Source: Somniosus microcephalus (taxonomy: Eukaryota). Taken from it: a stretch of 64,000 nt of DNA. Shown piece by piece: positions 54,000 through 64,000 of the stretch; within the stretch, counting starts at the first letter, position 1, and every line of letters begins with the position of its first letter. Under the pieces are notes generated by a model, which was not told where the DNA came from, ran no database searches, and saw nothing but the letters and a program-made list of their open reading frames with translations. Both the position numbers and the translations under genes were made by a program. The stretch lies in contig CM126214.1 of the NCBI GenBank assembly GCA_052327205.1, positions 174,778,001 through 174,842,000 on the forward strand, in the 5' to 3' direction.

Positions 54000-55175
54000 A
54001 GTGGGCTTAAAGCCATGCTTTTAAGTTGTCTAATAACCAGCCAGCTAGTATCTTCCTTTTCAGAGGAGGAGTTGGTTTGGCTCATGGATGACATGCCTGG
54101 GAGATGGGAACTGATTTGATCCTCTGTGACATACATGGTGACCAATGCTTATACCTAAAAAGGTCCATAGAATCCAAATCCCTATTGACTATTGAGCAGC
54201 CACACTTGCTCTTTGATGGGATCTGGAGGAGTGGACATGTTATTTGGGTTGAGGTTCATCTAAATAACTCTGTAGGCCAATGCTCTAATGGGCAAGCAGT
54301 GGGAAGCTTATCAGTGCTCTGCACTGGAAACCTGTGTGGTTTTAGCTGCTAAATTCTATCTATGTTTGGGTATCCCTAAACCTCTGCCTGCATGCTTCAG
54401 CCCTGTCTTTTGCACTCATGTGCTGGGCTTTGCCATCATTGAGGATGGGGATGTTCATAGAGTCTCCTGTTAGTTGTTTAATGGTCTACCACCATTCACA
54501 AGTGCTTCTTCCAAGTGGTGTTCAACATGGAGGAGTACTGATTCATCAGCTGGGGGAGGGTGGTAGTTGGTAATCAGCAGCAGGTTTCCTTGCCAAGTTT
54601 GACCTGATGCTATGAGACTTCATGGGGTCAGGAGTCAATGTTGAGGACTCCCAGGGCCACTCCCTCCCGACTGTGTACCACACTGCAGCCACCTCTGGTG
54701 GGTCTGTCCTGCTGGTGGGGCAGGACATACCCAGGGATAGGGATGCAGGAGTCTGGGACGTTGAGAGTGTGAGCCATTACTCCGCTGAACAGAATCTGAG
54801 CTCATCAACCCATTAGTTGCTGTGGGACAGCTCTCCCAACTTTGGCGCAAGACCCCAGATGTTAGTGAAGAAGACTTTGCAGGATCGACTGGGCTAAGTC
54901 AAAGCCAAGTGGTCCATTTAATTCTTATTATACTTCTTTGCAGTGGGTTGATACAACTGAGTGGCTTGTTAGGCTATTTCAGAGGACAGTTAAGAGTCAA
55001 TCACATTGCTGTGGGTCTAGAGTCACACATAGGCCAGACTGGGTAAGGATGACAGGTTTCCTTCCCGAAAGGATATTAGTGAACCAATTAGGTTTTAATG
55101 ACAATCCGATAGCTTCATACTCATCATTACTGATGCTAGCTTTTTATTACAGTTTTATTTAATGTTTTTAAAACT
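54000..55175 (-). mobile_element. CR1-clade LINE (second family), endonuclease region and 5' part
   Basis: The reverse strand gives HEVS.HQVKLGKE/GNLLLITNYHPPPADESVLLHVEHHLEEAL, an APE endonuclease-like sequence. Confidence 0.7.
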
Positions 55176-56749
55176 ATTTCAACGCACTCCTGGCTGGCCT
55201 CCCACATTCTACCTTGAGGTCATCCAAATCTCGACTGCCCGTGTCCTAACTCGCACCAAGCCCTGTTCACCCATCACCCCTGTGCATGCTGACCTCCATT
55301 GGCTCCCAGTTAAGTAACGCCTCAATTTCAAAATTCCCATCCCTCCATGGCCTCACCCCTCCCTATCTCTGTAATCTCCTTCAGCCCCACAACCTCCTGA
55401 GATATCTGCGCTCCTCAAATTCCTCCCTCTTGAGCATCCCTGATTATAATCATTGAACCATTGGTGGCCATGCCTTCAGCTGCCAAGGCCCTAAGCACTG
55501 GAACAGGAAGATGGTCAATCATCACAGCCCCAGGACATCGCTGCAGGAGTTCCTCAGGGCAGTGTCCTAGGCCCAACCATCTTCAGCTGCTTCATCAACG
55601 ACCTTCCCTCCAACATAAGGTCAGAAATGGGGATGTTCGCTGATGACTGCACAGTGTTCAGTGCCATTCACAACTCAGATAATGAAGCAGTCCATGCCTG
55701 CATGCAACAAGGCCTGGATGATGTTCAGGCTTGGGCTGATAAGTGGCAGGTAACATTCGCGCCACAGAAGTTCCAGGCAATAAGTATCTCCAACAAGCGA
55801 GAGTCTAATCACCTCCCCCTTGACATTCAATGGCATTACCATCACCGAATCCCCCACTATCAACATCCTGAGGGTCACCATTGACCAGAAACTTAATTGG
55901 ACCAGCCACATAAATATGGTGGCAACAAGAGCAGGTCAGAGACTAGGTATTCTGCGGTGAGTGTCTCACCTCCTGACTCCCCAAAGCCTTTCTACCATCT
56001 ACAAGGCACAAGTAAGGAGTGTGTTGGAATATTCTCCACTTGCCTGGATGAGTGCAGCTCCAACAACACTCAAGAAACTCGACACTATCCAGGACAAAGC
56101 ACTCCACTTAATTGGCACACCATCTACCACCTTAAACATTCACTCCCTCCACCACCGGCGTACCGTGGCTGCAGTGTGTACCATCTACAAGATGCACTGC
56201 AATAACTCTCCAAGGCTTCTTCGGCAGCATCTCCCAAACCCGCGACCTCTTCCACCTAGAAGGACAAGGGCAGCAGGCACATGGGAACACCACCGCCTGC
56301 AAGTTTTTCTCCAAGTCACACACCATCCTGACTTGGAAATATATTGTCGTTCCTTCATCGTCGCTGGGTCAAAATTCTGGAACTCCCTCCCTCACAGCAC
56401 TGTGGGAGTACCTTCACCACACGGACTGCAGCAGTACAAGAAAGCGGCTCACCACCACCTTCTCAAGGGCAATTAGGGATGGGCAATAAATGCTTGCCTT
56501 GACAACGATGCCCACATCCCCATAAATGAATTTAAAAAAACTCCCTCCCTAAACCTCTCCGCCTCTCTACCTCTCTTTCCTCCTTTAAGACACTCCCTAA
56601 AACCTACCTCTTTGACCACGCTTTTGGTCATCTGCCCTAATTTCTTCTTATGTAGCTCGGTGTAAAATTTTTGTCTTATAATACTCCTGTGATGTGCTTT
56701 GGGGTGTTTTACTACATTAAAGGCGCTATATAAATACAAGTTGTTGTTG
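55176..56749 (+). mobile_element. L2-type LINE 3' end split by a CR1 insertion
   Basis: tcacccatcacccctgtg..gacctccattggctccc...ggccctaagcactggaa | ctccctccctaaacctctcc...aaggcgctatataaatacaagttgttgttg. Confidence 0.85.
55503..56540 (+). mobile_element. CR1-clade LINE RT 3' end
   Basis: GVPQGSVLGP, MFADDCTVF, IYKAQVRSVLEYSPLAW. Ends in aatgaatttaaaaaaa. Confidence 0.9.
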
Positions 56750-59700
56750 AATTCAAATTTACAAATAACCATGGTGGGATTTGAACTCGCAGATTACATA
56801 TTATTAGTCCAGGTCTCTGGATTAACCAGTACCATTAATATAGCCACTACACTACCGTACCAGTATAGGGATAGTACAGGCAATGGATTTGACACGTATA
56901 TCATCCATTTCTTTTCTTATTGGTTTCTCATTGTTTGGATGTGGTCCAGCAGTCCATTTGATGTGGAAGTTTGCTAATACTGTTTGAAGATGAAAGTAAG
57001 TAATACTGCATAACATAGGTGTGCTAGTGACACGGGATTTGAAAGTATATTAGATCAGATGGCATGAGCCACGCTATTTGTAGATTGCTTTTTAATTGTA
57101 AATTATAGGATGGTTAACTAACATGCATATGCAATATATAGAAATATTTCACTCATCAAATTTGCATTGACTGGAAGTAGCACCTATATATATACTAATA
57201 TAAAGGAGTAGAAACCGTGATGATAGAAAATGCTGAGTTTTGTAAACTCCAGATAAATGTAAGCCAGATAAAAACTCAGCTTCAAAGGTTCATAAATGCC
57301 TATTCTGACATATTTGCTGAAGTAATGTGACCTAAGGCATACCTCCCAAGTGAGCCATTAGATTGCTATGGAACCCATTCCCATTGTTCGACAGGCTACA
57401 CTGTTCCAGTGAGTTAATGGAACATTGTTCATTATAAGTGGCGAAGAAAAAACAAGAAAAAAAAACCAACCATTTGGTTTCTTAAATAATGGCACCAGAA
57501 GAGGAGTCAATGTGCCCGATGCCTTTTGAATTGCTGAAAATTCCTTGACTATGAGAACAGGAGAAAAAAAAATGAGATTATTCAGCGGCCTACTTAGATT
57601 AACAGAAGACCAGACTCCCCCAAGGTAAAATCTATTATTTAGTATGGAGGTCAAACAATACCTTGGAACCGATGATTTACTTTTAATCCATTTCCTATGA
57701 CATGATGGCTAACATCTTGCTGACAAAGGCAGCACATGTAAGTGAATTGTATGGGCTGCTAAATTTAAAACTACTTACCAAACACAAAAAAAATTCAAGT
57801 ATTGAAGTATCTAGATTGAAAAAAGCTTTTTGCACTTTAGATAAATGTAAGTGATAACAGCAAAAGGATTGTTCTTGACCAACCTACTGAGGAAGGAGCA
57901 AAAGGCATGCTTTATTCAAGTCTCCAACTGAAAAAATAGTGAACAGAAGAATGTTATAAAGTAGAAAGAAACACCGTAGATGGTACAAAGATCTTAATTT
58001 GTTGTCTGCATGGAAGATGTTTACAATTATCACTACTTCTTTTACATTACAAGTGAGCACCAAAACTACTGCTGGTTACTGTCTTGTGTTCTGGATGACG
58101 TAACAACAGGCCAAAGCCAGAGATACAATTTAACTGTAACTGATGTTTCACAAAGTTGACCTTATTGCTGCTGTGATCCCAGAAAGATAAGGAGAAAATT
58201 GTACTTAGATGCCAATGGGCACGTCAGAGATTTTGAATGGTTTAATGATTGTTCCAATCGCCCTGGTTCTGCAAATGCATTTGAACTTCTGTATACAATG
58301 GGCACAGTTCTAAACATTGATATTATCTGACAGAAAGATTGTGCATTAAACTTTTGCTACTAGTATTTCATGCAGATTCTTTAGATTAAAATGACGTTGA
58401 GCTGGAGGCACAATAGCTCTTGTATTCCTTGGCATAAATATGAAGCTTTCATGGTATAAATCCAGTCATGATCTGGAGGGGGGCTTGAAAACCTTTTACA
58501 TCACTTCAGTGTTGGGAAATCGGGTCTTCAGCATGGACTAGGCCATTCTTTTCAAATCCATTGATCAGCATAGCTTTAGACTCCACTAATCCCTGACCAG
58601 CAGGACTATAATAACACATTACTAGGTGGCTATTTGTAGAACAGTGAAGATAGTGATAATGATTAAAAAATCTAAGCCGTCTTGAGGATTTCCACCCATC
58701 TCTCCCAGGAGCTTTGCTGTTTTTTTGCCTGAAATTAAGTTATCAAGCCATGGAGTGGAATTTTTGTAACTGAAGAGAGTTTGCAATTTTTAGAAACTAT
58801 TGGACAATATCATAATTCACCTTCTCAACAGAGTTATTGATTTGGTCTTCTCAAACTACCACACTGGTTACAATTACCTGAAGAATATGGCTCAACATTG
58901 GCCTACATATAATCAGTGGTGATACTATGATACCAAATGATGTCATACATATTTTATTTGTGAAAACATCAACTGATCAAGTTAGCTCACCATCAAAGGA
59001 GAATCCATACTCAAACCATTGAAAGTCCAAATGATAAAAGTTTGAGAATGAGTGCATTACAGCTTAAAAAAATGCTACAAGTTTACTCCTTGGTGACTAC
59101 CTACTGGTTATCTGCTAAAATGGTGTGTAACACAGGTGAAAACGCCAATCTTCAGCATCCTGGAAGCACCAGCAACATTGTATGGAGAGAAGAGCTGTCA
59201 TCGTGGTCAGCTCAACCAATCGGAAGAACCGCTCCAAGCCAGCAGAAGGAAGCCAGTCTAACCAATAACGTACAGCTCCAACAGGGCACATCGTGACACC
59301 TCATTGTGCGAGTCACCATTCTCAGCAATTGCTCTGTGGAAGTCAAAAGTGCTGCTCGCAACGGCTGGACAAAAACCTAGAAGCTGCACGAAGATATGTT
59401 GCGGCTGATAAATTCATGCGAGAATTCCAAACTTTGGTGAAAGGGGAAGATGGCGAATCTTTGCACTGAATGTTGGTAGATGTTTGTTAAGTAAATATAC
59501 ACGTGAAGTACATTTACCTGTATTGTGTGTAAATCGCTTTCTACTAAAATTAGTGCAGGTGGCACTGAAACAGTGTTGCTGTAGCCATGCCTTTGGCTAG
59601 TCAGCGATTTCTATTGGACAACACAGGCGTGGAGCAATTTTGCCCCCAGAGAATGGTAATGCAGATGGGTTATCACAATAAGAATGACTGGCAAGGTTGG

Positions 59701-60294
59701 TTCACGTGGGTGTCATGTGCTGGCAACTGTGAGCAATCTCATCCAGAAGGAGAATGATGTCATAAATGTTGAATTTTCATGATCCCTGCTACAATTAATT
59801 AAAGAGAAAATAGAACTTGTTGATTCCAAAAATTCAAATGAAACTATTGACTTGATGCAGTTCATCACAACATTCTTTGATGTGAAAGGACTTATTCTAT
59901 ATGTGAAATAATCCTATGAAATCTTTCCGTCTATCTCATTGTCAAGTCAAATGTTCATCCACTGCCAATTGTTATAATGAAATGCGCTGTCATTAAATAT
60001 CATCTGTGAGATCATGAAACCACCATCTAAATACCTCTTCTATGAGGAATCTCTTACACCTGTTTCATCTGAACCTACTTCAAAGGAAATAATAGGTGTC
60101 AAACTGGAAGGTTTTTCTGTTTAGGAATTCAATCTGCGTTCTGGGACAGAGGGCCTTGGAGCATGAGGCTTACATTATGTATATTAAGTTTCAATTTAAA
60201 TCGAAACATTGATAGTGAGTGTGGTACAAGCAGATGAAATCTACTGAATTCATCTTGTCAGTAACCAGGACATTGTTTCATAAGTCAGCTGTTA

Positions 60295-61157
60295 AGTGAG
60301 TGGGCATAATTTGGCAGACGCAGTATAATGTGGGAAAATGTGAGGTTATCCACTTTGGAAGGAAGAATGAAAAAGCAAATTATTATTTAAATGGAGCGAG
60401 ACTACAAAATGCTGCGGTACAAAGGGATCTGGGGGTCCGAGTACAGGAAACACAAAAAGCTAGCATGCAGGTACAGCAAGTAATTAGGAAGGCTAATGGA
60501 ATGTTGGTCTTTATTGCAACGGGTATAGAGTATAAAAGTAGGGAAGTTTTGATGCAACTTTACAGGGCGCTGGTGAGACCGCACCTGGAGTGCTGCGTAC
60601 CGTTTTGGTCTCCATATTTAAGAAAGGATATACAGTACTTGCATTGGAGGCAGTACAGAGAAGGTTCACTAGGTTGATTCTTGGGATGAAGGGGTTGACG
60701 TATGATGAAAGGTTGAGCAGGTTGGGCCTATACCCATTGAAGGTTAGAAGAATGAGAGGTGATCTTATTGAAACATATAAGATTCTGAGGGGGATTGACA
60801 GGGTGGATGCTGTGAGGATGTTTCCCCTAGTGGGGGTATCTAGAACTAGGGGGCATAGTTTCAGAATAAGGGGTCACCCATTTAAGATAGAGATGAGGAG
60901 GAATTTAATCTCTCAGAAGGTTGTGAATCTTTGGAATTCTCTATCCCAGAGAGCTGTGGAGGCGGAGTCAGTGAATATATTCAAGGCGGAGATTAACAGA
61001 CATTTGAACTACAAGGGAGTCGAGGGGTATGGGGAGAGAGCGGGAAAGTGGAGTTGAGGCCAAGATTGGATCAGCCATGATCTTATTCAATGGTGGAGTA
61101 GGCTCAAGGGGCCGATTGGCCTACTCCTGCTTCTTATCTTCTTATGTTGTTATGTTC
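60295..61157 (+). mobile_element. CR1-type LINE 3' end
   Basis: YNVGKCEVIHFG...LVRPHLE...RRMRGDLIETYKIL, followed by the tail ggcctactcctgct. Confidence 0.92.
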
Positions 61158-61687
61158 TTAAAAGGCAACTTATCCAATATAGCTGTTAATTTATTGATGT
61201 CTGATCCTGTAATGAATAATAGTCATTAAATTCCTTTGATGTTTCATTTTGTAAATAAATGTTTTGGATGTTTTAGCTTGAAAAAGTTCCAGGCCATGAG
61301 TAATATCCGTTTGTTTGAAGCAAGTGCACAAATGACATTGTCATGTTAATCCAGTAAACACATCACTGCAAGAAGGGTAATTGTTAATCTTTGGGGGTCA
61401 TGTAGCAGATTGTCAAAAGAGGTACAGCTTCTGGATCGTAAGGGACAAAGTCCAACTGTGGGAACTGCTGAAAGAGAAAACAGGCCAATAAAAATATCAT
61501 AGCAATCATTTTATATTACTGAGCTCCAAGATTTATTGGTCATAATGTATGATTTTCTGAGTACTTTATATTGTGCTATAGTTTGTCACAATGATGTGGG
61601 AATCAAAGGGACTTATTAGGAGCAGAACACTTCTTTTGGAGTAGAATGCTAGTTGTTAGTAATTTTGTGCAACTCTTAGAAAAAGCT

Positions 61688-62235
61688 TACAACAACAACA
61701 ACTTGCATTTATATAATGCCTTTAACATAGTAAAATGTCCCAAGGTGCTTTGCAGGAGTGTTATCAAACAAAATTTGATAAGGAGATATTAGGACAGGTG
61801 ATCAAAAGCTTGGTCAAAGAGGTAGGTTTTAAGGAGCCTCTTAAAGGAAGAGAGAGAGGCAGAGAGATTTAGGGAGAGTATTCCTGAGGGTCGGGCCTAC
61901 CCAGTTGAAGACACAGCCACCAATGGTGAAGCGATAAATATCGGGGATGTGCAAGAGGCCAGAATTAGAGGAGCGCAGAGATCTTGGAGGGTTGTAGGGC
62001 TGGAGGAGGTTACAGAGATAGGGAGGGGCGAGGCTATGGAGGGATTTGAAAACAATGATGAGAATTTTAAAATCAAGACATTGCTGGACCAGGAGCCAGT
62101 GTAGATCAGCGAGCACAGGGGTGATGGGTGAACAGGACAAAAATTTTGGGTGAGCTAAAGTTTGTGATGGGTGGAAGGTGGGAGGCTGGCCTGTAGAGCA
62201 CTGGAATAGTCAAGTCTGGAGGTAACAAAAGCATA
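61688..62235 (-). mobile_element. L2-type LINE 3' end
   Basis: ORF SPITPVLADLHWL..DFKILI..LAPPYL, with an (ACA)n tail at 61689. Confidence 0.88.
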
Positions 62236-63769
62236 CAAATCCACCATAATCAGCACAAAGCACTAATCCAATCCACGGTTTTATATTGTTGTAGATATAC
62301 TTAAGCATTCCCTTTCACCAACCAAGATAATTGGTATATTCTCATATTTAGTGATTATCATATCATTGACCAGAAATTGCTATTGTTAAGATTAGTGATG
62401 CTATTAAGGATCTTTGATAAGGAAATGGTAAGTCACTGTAAATTATGTCCTAGTCCTCCCTATCAGATCAAGAGCGTATATAACTTTAATTTAGATCAAA
62501 CATCCTCAACGTAATTGAATGGGAAAACAATTCAACTACATACAGTAATATGATTTTATCAATATGTGGCAATGAATGTATTTATTCCACTTACTGTGTA
62601 TATGTTTAATATTCTATACTAGAATATAGGAGCCAACATCAGAGTTACCTTAATACCAATGCAGTGGGTGAGATCACAGTTTTCAAAATGAGTCTAACTC
62701 AACCTTCTGATGACTTTTGAGTAGACGTTGTAAGCTCCAACAGCCATATGATTACTCCAGATAATATACTGAAAGTGTAGCAAAGATTCTATATTGATAA
62801 ATGAACTTACACTTTTATGCAACAAATTGCATTGTGATCTGTCAGAATGTCAATGACAATGCACATACACAGCTTTGGCAAGACCAAAATCTCCACTCCT
62901 TACACATTAAATTGAAGATTAGTGAGTTAAAGTAACTATTGGAGTAGTGACTATCTGAAATCCGCTGGGCTCCGAATGAAGAGATCTGTATGACTGATCG
63001 GTGAGAAGAGCTCTGCATTTTCTGTTTTTATTTTTGAAAACATTTCCCCAAGAATATTCTGAGGTTTATTTTGGACCTTTCAAAAATACAACCAAGAGTC
63101 AGAAAAAAAACAAAAGTCAAAATTTTTGGTGGAAATCAGAGAAAGAAAGTTGTGTTCGCATCAACAATATTAATTTTCAGTGGTATTAGCTGTATTTCTG
63201 TATATATAAGAGTATTACACTAGGACTCCTTAACAATCAGGGTGAAGTGCTGGAAGAGAAGTGGGAAGCCAGGAGCAGCATTTGTAATTCAAATCCTGGT
63301 AAACTAAATTGAAAAATAGGAATGATTGGAATTAAACTGCCCTTCTGATCATAGTTATTAAACAGTCACCTGACTTACACAGTCAGTTTTTCTCAGAATC
63401 TACAGGTTGGTGATTAAATAAAAACTCCCTTAATAAAGGGTTGGTTGTAATTACTCTTAAAAATGATCACTGCACTTGGGTTTGAGTTACATGTATAAAG
63501 TGCCATACATAAAATGTTCATCATGCCCACAATAGCATAAAGAATATGCTTTTGCTTATCCCGCTGGCCTCATAAATCATGCTCAAGAAATTATTTTTCT
63601 CAGTACATTGCATTCCAATCCTTCTCATGCAAGGCTGTTTGATGGCTGGTGAAATGGAATTGGTGCAGGATGAGATGGTACTGAACGGCAGGCCCTGGAT
63701 TCCACTCCAGGGCATCCTCCCAATAATATAGTTTCCCAGCATATCTGGAAGGAGGGGGAAGATGAGGAC

Positions 63770-64000
63770 TATGTTAACAATAGCCTAGTTAACAGCAATC
63801 AACATGGATTCAGAAGGGTCAGATCCTACCTGACTGACCTCTTCAACTTCTTTGAGGACATGGCAACCCAGGGGGTCTGTGGTAAGCCCTATGACGCGAT
63901 GCGCCTTGACTTCCAAAAGACTTCTGGTGAAGTCCCACACTAAAGGTTAGTAATTAAACTCAAAGCTGTGGGAGAATTCATTGGTAAATCCTGGGAATAG
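63770..64000 (+). mobile_element. Degenerate CR1 RT fragment
   Basis: NQHGFRRVRSYLTDLFNFFED...LDFQKTSGEVPH. Confidence 0.7.

Noticed and set aside
56900-64000. Exons of the usual neighbouring gene (RBBP8NL) or the miR-1/miR-133 cluster
   Set aside because: No matching coding sequence or mature miRNA sequence was recognised by eye anywhere in the window.

Overview
Eukaryotic (vertebrate) DNA, most likely from a cartilaginous fish, judged from Deu-domain/SacSINE1-like SINEs and shark-type CR1 and L2 LINEs. The window holds one complete protein-coding gene, GATA5, on the + strand: a probable non-coding exon 1 near 18.4-18.6 kb and six coding exons (19710-39068) that splice in frame to a 399-aa two-zinc-finger transcription factor. 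The rest is regulatory DNA and transposon debris: a decayed autonomous PIF/Harbinger element (9241-13014) splitting an old ~28-bp minisatellite, young Harbinger-type and Tigger/pogo-type MITEs, and CR1, L2, RTE and Tx1-like LINE fragments, several of them nested. The most unusual structure is a ~5.8-kb array of ~160 x 36-bp units in the intron after the C-terminal zinc-finger exon. It arose inside the tRNA-derived head of an antisense SINE, so almost every unit carries a Pol III B-box / tRNA T-arm. A single A-box sits upstream, and no T4 terminator was seen across the array. All repeat-family names come from recognition by eye, not from database searches.
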